The notes under the pieces were generated by a model, which was not told the DNA's origin, searched no databases, and saw nothing but the letters and a program-made list of their open reading frames with translations. The translations under genes and the position numbers were made by a program. From Paraspadella gotoi (taxonomy: Eukaryota; Animalia; Chaetognatha), in NCBI GenBank assembly GCA_051294375.1, contig CM119266.1:10639571-10703570 (forward strand): a stretch of 64,000 bases of DNA, read 5' to 3'. Positions 14,602 to 27,324 of this stretch are shown piece by piece (position 1 is the first letter of the stretch; each line of letters begins with the position of its first letter).

Positions 14602-17600
14602 TGGAAAAAATGATTGCGTTATTCACCCGAAGGCTAAAGCGATGACAGGTATTCATTTTTTTCTCCTACTTCCATTCATTCGTCTCCCTTTTCATTCATT
14701 CATTCGTTCATTCCATACACCCTCGTAATTTTTTTTTCTTTTCGGGGATATATTAGGAAATGTGGGATTTTAAAAAAAAAGCATTCGAGCGAAAATTCGG
14801 AGAAGGGAATTTCGACGATCGAGGATAAAAAATAAATAGACGACGACGACAACTTATATATTTAATCCGTACAACGAGAACACCCAACTGAAACAATACT
14901 AATAAGGACATAAAACTGTAACCCGGAACTCCAGGGGGAAAAAAACCGGATTAAAAACAAACTCGGGGCCCAAAAAACTGAGAAAGACCCCATTTCGTCT
15001 CGTTGCGCGGCCACTTGTAAAACAAGGCTCTTCGAGGCGCTAATAACGCGAAACCCAAACAAAGGCAAGAGAGAATCGAGAGATTTTGTCTTAAGAAATC
15101 CAGGGTTCGCGAAAAACATTTCAGGGGTCACGTTTTCTGTTTTTGAGAAAATGTACAAAAAGTTTTGCGTCGAAACGGGGATCGTGAAAAAAAGGGGGAC
15201 ACATTTGATAAAATCTTCATATATTTAGAAACTTTAATGAAAACCACAACTCTTCGAAATGGTCAAACTCAAACGGATCAGTAATTGTTTCCTCTAAATC
15301 AGGATTTCAATTCATCACATCCAAGAAGCTCAATTGACAATCCCCGGCCCTTCTTTAAAAAACAAATTACCAGTAATGGGAGGAGGAAAATCCCGTCACT
15401 CGCCGCGACGACGAACGACAACAACAACAACAACGAGGACTAATCTCCGGCCCTCGCCAGACCCCAAGCAGAGATGAGCCGTCGTGATTACTCAACACCG
15501 CCGGCACCCAATCCGACGCGAGAGAGAGAAAGGATAAAGAAGAGAGAATGATCGAAAATAGGATTAAAAACTGGGATCGCGATCTTTGTAGGAGGGCCTT
15601 AACGTTATTAAGACTCTCTCTCTCTCTTTTTTTTTTTCTCTCTCTCTCACCGCGTGTGTGTGTGGGTCCCCCCGTCACTGTCTCACTACGTCGCTTGTCT
15701 CTGTCTCACCGGGTGGAGAGAATAAGAGAGAGAGAAAGGATTTGGAGAAAAAAAAATCGGGGTCATAAGGAATTTCGACGTGTGCGTCGGAAGCTGACAG
15801 ACTTAAAAGAAAATATATGATTTAAAACAGAGAAATCGATTTTATTGTTTGGGTCAACATGACCAAATCTGAGAGGGAATTTTAGAAGGCCAAAAGATTT
15901 GAAACAGTAAAAAAAAAAATTTTTCTTTAATTATTCAAAAGATTAATTCTTTATTAACCATTATTTCGAAATCTCTTAATTCGAGAAAATCCGTCAATCG
16001 CATATTTCATCAATTAACCCCGTATTCGGCTCACCTATCCCTGTTATTTTTTTTTTTTAAATAACAACCAATGCTTACGAGCTTCACCTTCTACACAAAC
16101 TAAAATATTGCGTTAATTTGAATATAAAGCTTCGAGGTCTTGAAGGGAGAAAAAAAAAACTATTTTACTCTGGCATAAGAAAGTGTATGAAAAAAAAAAA
16201 AATTCTCTGAGTTGAAAAATTCGTGGCTCTTGGGCAGCGGAACCGCCCGGGGGAGAAGAAGGGGCCCCCTGGGGGGTCGAAAAAAAAGAAGAGGGGGAAA
16301 GAAGGAAAGAAAGAGCAGGGAAGAGCGAAGGACGATGACCTCTCATCCCTGACCTATCCTCGACAACCCACTCGATTCGGGACACGCTGAGACAATCGGG
16401 TCTTTAACGTTGAAACAAAGTTACAAAGAATAGTTTAGTGAAATAAAAGTTAAAAACTCGTTGACAAGTTTGACGTTTAATGAAGTATCATTAAATTACA
16501 TTATTAACCAACTTCCGACACACGGAATTTTTTTTTCTTGCCAACAGAGAAATAACACCAACGTAAAACGGACCCAAAAGAAACGCCTTGCTCCTGACAA
16601 GCTCCGCTATTTACACGATGCCCCCTAATAAAAAACGGCGTTTCTTACGCATTAAAGTACATTTAAATACAGTTTATATGTAAATTGTATTTAGAACCGT
16701 TGCCGGTTGAAACGAATCGCATCGATATTCTCCCACGACCTTTTTAACTACGAGGGGGGAGGGGGGAATTAAGATCTCCGAAGATCCCCGCCGCGTCGAG
16801 ACGCCACACCTCGGTCTTCTTTCATATTTTCGATTAATTAAGTGGAAAAATAAAAACTGGATGGACCACACAGAGAATTTGTCGGGAAAAAAAGTTTTTT
16901 TTCCCCTTTTTTCGTTCGCACTAGTTTCATCGATCTCGCTACCAGCCCCACTCCCCCTCTCTCTTCCCCTCCCCCCTGCCCACCGTCTAGGATTTTAAAT
17001 GTCCCGATTCTTCTCTCTCTTTACAACCCCTCTCGTCCCAAAGATCAGCCCCCTCCGCCCCACCCCCATCGAAAAAAAAATAAGGTGCTACTTTGTTGAA
17101 TCGTTCATCTCGCCCAGAAAAAAAAAGGGGGAATAAGTCCAAAGGGTGCCAATTTTTCTGGCAACCAGCGGCGAAAGGGATGAAAACAATGGGATCCTTT
17201 CAGCAGAAATCTCGAGGAAAGACTGGATTCAATATCGACCATCGCAGATTGGGTGGATCAAAATAAGGAACATCGACCGGGCCCATGTTCCCTAGCCCGA
17301 AACCACGCGTGATGGAAAGGGTAGGTGTGGGTAACGAACGGGTTTGGGCGAGGGACTAATCCGACTGGCCACACTCAAGTCATCGATTCGATTGAAAGAA
17401 ATTTGGAATGAAATGTGAGAGAAAAAAAATTTTGAAAAAGAAAAATTATTTTCTCTCTCCCGTTTTTGGATGCGAATCAGGTTTTTTTTTATATTCGAAG
17501 ACGAGACAAAAATAACTTTCGAATGCCAGTCGAATTAATTTGGGGAAAAGAAGTGATTTGAAGAAAGAAATAATAACTTGAAATATAGGAAGAAATATAA

Positions 17601-20600
17601 TAAGGTACGAAATATGTTTTCAAACTCACCAGCAGAGTTGGGGCTGCAATCGTAGTTTTTATGATCCATGAATTGATTGAGGCTGTGGAAGACGACGCCG
17701 CAGGAGCCGCATCTGTATTCGCCGCTCCCGGCGGACGACGTGGCGGCGGCAGCGACCGTCTCGTATTCGTGACGTCGCCGGCGATGGCGCCGCAACTCGC
17801 GCGACTCGTCATCCTCGTCGGTATCCATAGCGACGCGGGGAGTTTCGTCGCCGGACGCCATTTCGTCGCAAGGGGACGAGTGACGTTCGCCTGGACGATG
17901 GGGAGAAATTATGTATTCGATGATGTAGGGCCCCGATAAGCAAATTAGCTTTATTCTTTACAACATCCCTTAATAACCTTAAACTTTTTTAAAACCACTT
18001 TAGGCACGCTTGACTTACGCCCAGTCGGACCTATAAACAATAATTCCTCTCACACGAAGAAGATTTTTTTTTACTCGCTTGACAAGACGAAGGGCGAAAA
18101 AAAAAATAGGCGATTGGGTTTTTTTAAATTTTTTTTGCCTTATTCGCATTAAAGGATTCCCTCTCTAACGTTAACCGGAAAAAAAAATATACGTACGGGC
18201 AAGGAGAGAAACGAACTAGCGACGTGCGACGTTTGACACTTACTCTCCCCTTTTTTTTTAGAAACTTAACTCTTTGTATGTAAAGAAGGGTGAATAAGAG
18301 AGTCGAGTTTTTTTGTGTAAAAAAAAAAAATCGGGAATGGATCTCCCGCGGACAGGGAGAAAAAGAGCTGACCCCCCCAAAGGCGCGCCGGGGTGCAAAA
18401 ATGCGGGCGAATATTTCTATTTTATTTCTCTCCTATTTTTTTCCGAAGATTGAAGGGAGGTGGAGGAGCTAGGGAAAAGGGGGAGATGTCAAGTGTGGAT
18501 GACAAGTGCGGGTAGCAAAGGCGGACAGGAATGGCGGATGGCAAGGATGGATAGCAAAGGCGGATGACGAGAGCGGATGGCAATGGAGAAGGGCAAGGGC
18601 GGATTGAAAGTGCAGACAAGGGCGGATGGCAATGGAGGAAGGAAAGAGCGAATTGTAAGGGAAGATGCTAAGGGAGGGCAAGAGCGGATAACAAAGGCGG
18701 ATGGCAAAGGCAGAGAGCAAAGGTGAATCGCAAAGAAGTGATTGGTGCGGATGGCGTGGGAGGGAGAGACGGGGACGGCGGGGAGAAGCGGAGTTGAGTC
18801 TCCCGTGGCGAAAGGAGGTAGTGGAGCCGAGGTTAACGGAGCAGATGCTATCACGAAAAGGGAAGGGGGAATTAAAAGGAAAAGGTAAGGGAACGAAAGA
18901 AAAACAGGGTTAAAAAGTGCACGTTCAAAGAGAGGGAAAGATTAACGGTCTATTGCTAAATAAAGTAAACTGAAGTAGAATTGACTTTTAAAACGTAACT
19001 CAGGCCGAGAGAAGACCCATTACTTATATGTTCCCAATTACTTCCCCGTCGATCCTGCGCATCAAATCAACTATGCCCACAATCACCGCAACCCAGCTTT
19101 CATTCTCAAAACCACCCTCGCCTTCCCCTCCCCCCCCCGTCTCCCCACAAATTCCCTCTTCCGTCTCATCAACACCCCCCTCCCTTTCACCACCCCGGAA
19201 TCCCCGCCGCGACGAGGGGGAGATCGAACTTCGAGGTTTGGGTTTCGTCGTCGACGGAAGCAGCGAGGGGCCGAAGACACGACGCCCGGCTGCGAGGCCC
19301 CGAATCGGCATTCCGTTCTCTCGATCTCATCTCACCCGGACGCGACCCCGAGTGAACGTATATCCTCTTTTCACTTTTTTTTTTTAATATATACGTGGGA
19401 TGAATCGAGAATTTGTACGAATGTTTCGCGCATCTTTTTGGATGCGAATTGCGTACATTAATAGTAGAAATCAGAAAAAGTGGGAAGTTGGGATTTGATG
19501 AAAATAATTTGACAGAAAATATGAAACTTACTTTTGCGAAGTGACGGAGACTCATCTTTGCCGTGTGCCTGATTTTCGTCTTCCTCCTCATCGACTGAAA
19601 AATCGGGGAAGGGAGGGGGGGGGCATAGAAGGCGTATAAGTCAACGTTTTTAACAAAATAAATGACGCCATAAAAAAAAAAAAACAATACTAATTTAAAA
19701 GCTCAACGACTCATCGGTCTTTTTGAAATTACTATAAAAACAATTTGTACTCACGGCTCAATCATTAATACAACATTGAAAAAAAAAAAAAAACCTAAAT
19801 CCGGTCGTCGACTCAATCGTTTCCTTCCATGATCATGAGAGAGAGAACAGCGAGAAAGATAGAGACAGAGCGAAAGTGTTTTTTTTTTTTTTATATTTTG
19901 ACTTTCAAATTTTTTTTTGTCACCCCAAGTTTGCTCTTTGCGCCGCGGGATTGACAAGGGGTGCTCTTCAATTCACTATCGTCCTTCCAGTGGGTCTCGA
20001 GTTTTTAGTCAACGATTTTTTTTCCCCTTTTTTTTTTTCCTATTCTTAATTATTTGCTTTGTGGCTACCAGTTCTTTTTTCCTTTTTTTTTAAAGTTTAA
20101 TTTCGATTTTATTTCTGTTTATTTTCTCTCGTCTTCTATTGGAGAGACACAGGAAGCTAGAACGGGAGGGGAAAAAAACATTTGTGTGCGCGAATGTTCG
20201 AATGTCAACGAAGAGTCTGGGTGTCAAAGAGACTTCGTGTGACTTGGCGTGATTTTAAAGACAACTGGAAAAAAAAATGTTTGCGTACACCAATTTACGA
20301 TTTTTCAATGTTCATAGGATTACAAGTTACAGGAGGTTTAGGCCTTCCCACTACACAGACTCCAATTATTATTTACATGACACTTTTACTTAACTTATAT
20401 AACTTTACATAACACTTTTACAGCCATTCCTATCATTTACATCCCATTTCCACTTTTTAACTCTTTTAAATCACAGGTTTTTTTTCATGATCTCTATCCT
20501 CACCCACAACTCTCACCTGCCCCCCTCTCCCTCACCACCGAACGAAATCGCGTTAATTCATCAAATCATGATAGTGATTTAAAAGAGATGATGATCCCTC

Positions 20601-22142
20601 CTCGTTTATACAAGGCGGCTCCTTGGAAACCCCTCGCGCGGAGCCTCCACAGGTAAAACCTGGAATCCATTTTCCAATTTTTCTCAAACTTTTTTTTCTC
20701 TCTCTCTTTCGTGCGGAAGGGTGAGATAGCCTCGTGCCTTGAGGGCGAAAAATGGGTGGTGGGTGATTGGAGAGTGGGCGTGGCACGAGGTGGACGAGGC
20801 GGGTTTCTTAATCACTTTATTTGTTTATGTTTTTCATGTTTATGTACGGTTATTCGTTTATGTCGATGCAAAAAGCGAAAAAAGACCCAAAACTTTGAAG
20901 AAAAAGGTGAGAAAAACGAAGGAAAAAAAAAAGAAAATGGTAAATCGGACTAAGCCAGGAGCTGAAAAGACGGGAATAAAAATATAACATATATATATCA
21001 TTTGTAGAAGAAAAAAAAACTGAGCTTGGAAACAAAGGCGTCGTGAGATAGGCATATTGATGTAAGCCAACGAAGAAATGACAATATCAGAGAGAATGTG
21101 GTAAAAAAATTACTTAGTATTATCAGCGAGATGGCAGCGAGCAAATGGCGCGACATCGCTAATCAGTTTGCGATTAATCGATACAATATCAGTGCGAATA
21201 TACGAAGAGGAAATGACATAACATCACTGAGAAAAACGTCGGGGGATCTGATAGGGAAGTTCAGGTGAGAGTCGGTTTCCTCGAATCGCGGGAAAAGGAG
21301 GAGAATCGCGGAAGTTAAAAAGCCCGAGACTCCCGAGGCGCCCTCTCGCTCCAGGAGGTGCTTCTCCCCCCCCTCGCTAGATTCTCAACCTTCTCTCCCC
21401 CCTTTTTCAGAAGTCGCCCACCCGCCGAGGCCGGGGATGGAAAAAGATTGAGTCGGGAGGGGGAGGCCTTAGTCAATGTGCGAAAAGAAAAAAATCACCA
21501 GGAGAGAAAGTTATATAGCGATTTATGATATAAATTATGATATATAAAGTTTATATATATATATTTCAAAATATATAGAAGATAGTGCTCTCGGCTCATT
21601 AGTCTCCCGTTCATATTTGTTTCATCCAATGGCGATTATGGTTTTTTTCGATTCAGCGCCCGACTTTTTTTTTCGCGGCTTCTCTCTTTTTCGACTTCGC
21701 CGTCAGAAATCCCGACGAAGGGAATTGATCTCGAATCCGTTTTGATTCAGATCGATTCGATATTGGAGGGGGGGAGGGAGGGGGGAGTGGGCTGAGATAA
21801 GGTGAAGCGGTAGCAAAAGGTGAAGAAAGTAAAAGAAAAGTGGTAAACTAAAAACAAAAACTTAAAACTTAAAAAAAAGCTAGAAGGGCAAGAAAACAAA
21901 AATAATCATTGACATCTAGTGATAAAGAAAAAACCTGAGACAGTGACAAATCGAGAACATGTCTCTCTCTCTCTCTTTCCCCCCCCCTCTCCCTTTTATC
22001 CCTATCGGCCCCTATTGTCTTGGATTTGGCGAATCGCGGCCCGTCGCTCTTCCTCCCGATTCCTCGAATTGATAATCGGGTCCTAAAATGATAATGAGGC
22101 TTAATTGTTTCGCCCGGTCCGACTCGAATGGTCTTCCCAATA

Positions 22143-22176
<34 letters not shown>

Positions 22177-23880
22177 GAGTACGCGAAAACACGAGTCCGC
22201 GGTTTTCTTTTTTTTTTCTCCGGAACTTTTTAAAAAGAAACCGCAAAATTTCGTCGACGAGACTTGAGCTAAAATTGGAATCAATCTTCGGAACGGGCGA
22301 GCTTATGAATATATCTCGAGGGAAGGGAGAAAGACAATTTACGTATAGAAGCTTTTTTTTTTCTTTTTCTCTCTTTCAAACTTTATTTAAAGCTCAACAG
22401 TTCAATTTTTTTTTGTACCCTGTAATGCCGTTTTTAAGTCGCTTACTACCCATGCGAACGACAAAAAAAAAAGGGGGAGTTCGGCTCAATTCCATATAAT
22501 AACCCGATGAGGAAAAATTTGTTATCCCCTTCGACTTGGTACTTTAATGGAGTCTCGACGAGCGAAAGCGAGAGAGACCGGACGGACGGGCGCCCCGCTG
22601 CGCGGTTGACCGCGATGACCACGACGACGAAAAAGCCGCGGAGCACAAACGAGAAAAGGAGTCGATTTGTGAAAAAGTGAAAAGGAGCAGATGATAACAC
22701 GATGACGTCGGATTCGTACATTCGGCACGATTGCTCCGCGGACCGTGTCCGAATTTTTGACCCGCGCGTTCCCTCTCTCGCTCTCTCTTTTCCCATCGGA
22801 GCGTGACGAGCGTTTCGAAGACGACATCGTCTCCGCTTCACCGTCGGGGGGCGGCGCCAAAGGGGTTTCGACGAAAGCCTCGGGGTCAAAGTTCGGGGTC
22901 GACGGTGGCGCCGCCGACGGCACCTAAACTCGGAACGGAGAAGAGGCGCGGTCTTCTGAAGATTATTTTGAGAAAGAACTGCTAAAAACTAAAAAACTGG
23001 AACTTGCAACACCTAGAAACAATTACAATCTGGAACAGAAATGCTCGGTGAATCATCAGAGCACGAGTCAAACCCGACTTCCGCTGGTCGAATTTACGAG
23101 TCCAAAAGAGGGCGTTTTAAATCCGGCACCAGAGGCCGCTCCTCGTCGAGAAAAAAGGGGGTGGGTGAAATTCGGCCCCTACGATTTCGTCAAGATATGC
23201 GGGCGCGGCGGAGGGAAATTTAAACCGCGACCCGGGGATTCGCCCGCCCCATCGTCGAGAGTCGAAATCCCGGAGATCACGTCGCCCGTTTGCCCCGATG
23301 ACTTGGATTGTGATTCTTCCAAATTTCGCTCATTAACTGCCTCGTCGAAAGTCCCCAATCTAGCGTTAGTTCCGCATATAAATTATAATATAAGTTTCCG
23401 ATTTAATTAGAACAGTGACCCATTATAAATGTAATAAAAACAAAGATTTGGTAAACCAAATGCGAAAAAAAATTATTTAACTAATCCAACAAACCCCGAC
23501 TGATTTACACTCATTGTAGTATACAGAATTGATGGACAGCAGTTTTCTAAAAGTTATAGCGGCATCACAGCTGAATGAATCATCCACAAGTTGAAAAAAA
23601 AAACCCAAAACTAGGATTCACCGACCTAAAGACGACGACGAATAGCACCCGACCATTTTTTTTATTATCAGAAGGGTCGAGTAAAGATAAACACAAAAAA
23701 TTGTTTTATAAACACCAGCATTTCACAAGTTTGGTGTCAAAATATCTCTCTCACTCCCGAATTCGAGGGCGAATCTGTCTCTTCGACCGTGAAGAGAGAG
23801 AGAAGAGAGAGAGAGAAGAGAGAGAGAAGAGAGAGAGAAGAGAGAGAGAGAGAGAAGAGGGAGAGAAGAGAGAAAGAGAT
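2484..23880. repeat. Dispersed (GA)n/(TC)n microsatellites
   Basis: Long tracts at about 2484-2540, 4209-4248, 5768-5811, 7411-7454, 8813-8872, 10559-10584, 12650-12687, 13055-13088, 14549-14597, 22146-22174 and 23793-23880. Confidence 0.95.
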
Positions 23881-24405
23881 ATATATATTAAGAAAGAAAG
23901 GAAAAATATAAGAAAAAAAAATAGAAAAAGAGAAAGAAGGAAAGCGAGTGAGAGAATAAGAGAGACCCACTTTCTGAAACGTATGAGAGCGATAAAGCCA
24001 TAAAACCCGTCTCGAGACTTTCGGGGTCTCGGGTCCGCCGGTTTGACCCTCGTCAAATCCCGCGAGGCCATCTGGGTATCGGAGGTGCAATGACCGGGTG
24101 TCCCCCCCCCTTCTTTTTGCCCTGACCCGGAGACATTCGTTGGGATAAAAGTCGACGGACAAACGACTTTCTATCACAAGTTTTTAATTTCTAAGATGTT
24201 TTATAATGCCTTAAAAATTCTTTAGTCTAGTACTAGTATGGAAAAAATACATTTCTTTATCTTCTCCAATAATTTATACTTTTACTTCTCGCTGTGGGGC
24301 CCCAAAAATATTTTTTACAAAAGTTCCTAAGAAAAATCATTAAATACTCAGTGAGTATTACTCACGTTTCAGCGCGCGAGGGCGTGCCTGTTTCCTGCGT
24401 GACAT
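17630..24405 (-). CDS. ZNF423: ZNF423/ZNF521 (Oaz)-like zinc-finger transcription factor, 5' part; coding exons 24405-24366, 19594-19532, 17890-17630; downstream exons not located in the window
   Basis: Exon 1 reads ATG TCA CGC AGG AAA CAG GCA CGC CCT CGC GCG CTG AAA C|GTGAGT (MSRRKQARPRALK, the NuRD-binding N-terminus). Exon 2 is 63 nt (TTTTCAG|...|GTAAGT) and exon 3 is 261 nt (CCAG|...|GTGAGT). All junctions are phase 1 and splice in frame: MSRRKQARPRALKLDEEEDENQAHGKDESPSLRKSERHSSPCDEMASG...YRCGSCGVVFHSLNQFMDHKNYDC (C2HC finger). SALL, BCL11 and FOG share the MSRRKQ start, so family assignment is less certain than the gene structure. Confidence 0.75.
18490..18730 (+). repeat. Degenerate minisatellite built on GGCGGATGGCAA(A/G)G
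   Basis: About 8-10 variants: ggcggatggcaagg, ggcggatgac, gcggatggcaatgg, ggcggattgaaag, ggcggatggcaaagg. Confidence 0.7.
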
Positions 24406-25894
24406 TTTATTTGGTAGAATGTTAAAGAGTAAATCCAATTTTCATAATACTTTCTTCAATTTTTAGATTCGAGCAGCAATTTTTTTTCTTCCTTGAAGAC
24501 CTTTACGGTCGTGCGGTGATCGAACGGAAAAATACGTTCATTTCGTGGTATTTTGATACATTTTTTCGAAACTTTTCTATGAAAGGCGTCAAAACCGCAA
24601 TGATTAAGTCCATTTTTTACGCCGCGTCCACGGAAATGGCGGAACTTAATTGGGAGGCGTGCCACGTCAAAGTTGAGTTTTTCGACAAAGAGTTTGATCG
24701 GTTTTTTTTCGAATCACTGGGTAAGGTATTTTCCGCGGGTGAGACGCGTTGAATCTCCGGGTAAGTCGGCGTTCATTTCGGTCTCGGAAGATCTTTCGGT
24801 GAAAGGAGCAGAGACGTCGTCGTCGTCGTTGTTGTCGTCGAAGAAGAAGGAAAATCTGGAAAAACGGGAATCGCGCGACGTCGCGTCCAACGGGCGTCGT
24901 CTCTCTGGCCTCATGAGAGGAGGACGGGGACGGACGAACGACGACGCGGGCGACGACGACGAGAGCGACGACGAAGACGACGAAGGTGAGACTTCGCCTC
25001 CTCCTCTTCGCTGGTTATCCACTACTACGATCTCTACTACGAAGAGCGAAAGAGAGAGAGAGGAGGAAACAGGAATACAAGGAGAGGAGGAGGAGGAAGA
25101 GGAAGAGGAGGAGGAGCCAAGGTTCGTCGAGATCTCCGGCTGTGAGGACATCGTCAATCAGATCGTGATGATCCTGGAAGATAGAACCCGTGAACTTTTG
25201 TTTTTGAGCGCTTTGTACCCATACTAATAATCGATGATTATTTTTTTTTTTATCGTCGACAGTCGAATATTGTCCATTATGATCATGGTTTGAAACATGT
25301 ATAAATTATTGGTTTTTGAAACCAAATGTATGAATTTAAAAAGTTTGAAAATCGTTTTAAAATGATTCCAGGACCATTCAATACCATAATCTCTCTTTTC
25401 CTGTGTAGTAATTTTATAGTCATCGTAACTTCTACCTCTAATTTCGGTGAGACGATAATTCAGCATTCCGTAATTTTTTAAAAAGTCTTTTTCAATTGAT
25501 TGGGTCGCCGTCAACGTGTTGACTTTTGTCATCATTTTCAGAATTGGCTTGTTGTCTTTTTGTAATTTTTAGTGTCGTTATGCTTTTTAACAAAATAAAA
25601 ATCATCTTATTATTGCTTTAAAAGTGAAACAAGACGAATCATCGTCGTAAGAACCTGGTACAACCAAAATGAAAATCATTCCTTCATTCATTAAATAAAC
25701 GTTATTGCTCCTGACTTTGGACAAGCAATGGTTTAATACGGAACATCAAAGGATTCGCGGAAAAATGTATTTAACATGCTTAAACAGAAACAAAATGTTG
25801 AAAGAACAGAATATGACAAAACCCCAATGTTTGGTGATAAAAATTACATGATTTTCGAAATTTACTACGAAAATTTAATTCGACTCATGGATCA

Positions 25895-25980
25895 TAAATT
25901 ACTTAGTAATACTATTAGTAATTACTAATTATTAATTACTAATACTATTACTATTAGTAATACTATTACTATTAGTATTT
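25895..25980. repeat. AT-only quasi-palindromic repeat (TAGTAAT/ATTACTA units)
   Basis: ttagtaatactattagtaattactaattattaattactaatactattactattagtaatac; the same motif forms the centre of the large palindrome at about 38700-38800. Confidence 0.85.
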
Positions 25981-26351
25981 GTGGCGAATCGATGGATTCG
26001 CCAACTTCGATGGAAACGGGCGTAGAGTCTTACTTATGACGTTGTTAATTTCAAGGATTGTTTGGAACGGTTTTCGTTCAGTAAAAATGTTTCAGAACAA
26101 AGTTCTTAATTTGTTCGCCATTAAAATCTGGAACCTTAATAAAATAAAGCATATAGATATTCTATATGCGTTAACAAGTAAAGGCAATAACAAAGTAATA
26201 CTATCAATTAATAAACATTAATAACAATAAGCAATGATTAATAAACGAAACGTTAACCAGTAAAGATGAATATCTGGTTGTAGAATATAAGCTTTATCAA
26301 AGCATAAAGAAAAAATCTTAAAAGCATAAGGATCGAGCCTGCTTTCGATAG

Positions 26352-26560
26352 TAACCAAATATTGATGCGATGATAACCAAATATTGATGCGATGATAACC
26401 AATAATTGATGCGATGATAACAAAATAACTGATGTGATGATAATCAAATGATTGATGCGATGATAGTCATTCATTGATGTGATGATAATCATTAATTGAT
26501 TTGATGATAATCATTCATTGATGCGATGATAGTTATTCATTGACGCGATGAATCATTCAT
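26352..26560 (+). repeat. Minisatellite of about 22-23 bp (AACCAAATATTGATGCGATGAT-like), about 9 units
   Basis: Tandem units are visible directly; copies at about 39172-39385 (forward) and 38130-38300 (inverted). Confidence 0.9.
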
Positions 26561-27206
26561 CGTAAATAAAACAAACAAATGCATGTATGAATGAGAGAGA
26601 GAGAGAGAGAGGCTGGTCAGTTTTCACTCTTTTTTATATAAAGAATAATCAGAATTTTTAGAAAAAAAATCTACGAAAATCTCGGATGTAAATTTGGGAT
26701 TTTGTATTGAGAAAAAAGCGCGGAATAAATGGCGGAATAAATAGAAAAAAAAAGAGAGAGAGAGAGAGAGAGAAAGATAGAGAGAAGCTGGACCGCCGCT
26801 GAACTTGTTTTTCGACGAATCTGAGTAGGGACGAACTCTTTTCCTTTCTATAAAAAAGTTTTAATCTTGAATGAAATTTTAGATTGTTCTTTTTTTTAAG
26901 AAGAAACCAGACCGAGGTCAAATTTCATATTTGCATATTTAACTAATTTATAAATATTTATCCCAACTCAAATAATTATTATTTTAAAAAAAGATAAAAA
27001 TGATTAAATATATACACTAAAAAAAATTTACAAATTTAGAATTGTAAAAATTATCAGAATAACAAAAAAAGTAATGTTTAATTTGACTATATCTTTCTTC
27101 TCAACTCCTATTTTAGATATAATTTGCCAAAAGTGGGCCGACCGGTCCAAAGTTACAATAATAAACAAAATTATTTTTTTTTAGAAAATTATATATGCAA
27201 TTAAAT

Positions 27207-27231
27207 NNNNNNNNNNNNNNNNNNNNNNNNN
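27207..27231. other. Assembly gap (25 N)
   Basis: 25 consecutive N. Confidence 1.
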
Positions 27232-27293
27232 TTAATTAATTAATTATAATTAATTAATTTTTTACATTTGATCTAAAAAAACAAAAAAAAACA

Positions 27294-27324
<31 letters not shown>

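Noticed and set aside
50-17500. Dozens of 60-190-aa ORFs in the track
   Set aside because: They are translations of (GA)n, (CGA)n and poly-A/T tracts (RERERE, LSLSLS, FFFF), with no domain motifs or consistent splice structure.
19749-19775. Alternative first exon ATG ATT GAG CC|GTGAGT on the minus strand
   Set aside because: It ends in phase 2, which is incompatible with the phase-1 acceptor at 19594.
24673-25227. Acidic 184-aa ORF (poly-D/E)
   Set aside because: It derives from trinucleotide repeats and has no true ATG start at the listed position. It more likely overlaps the 5' UTR/promoter of the minus-strand TF gene.
26352-26560. CRISPR-like tandem array
   Set aside because: The units are head-to-tail with no unique spacers, there are no cas genes, and the context is eukaryotic. 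It is a minisatellite.
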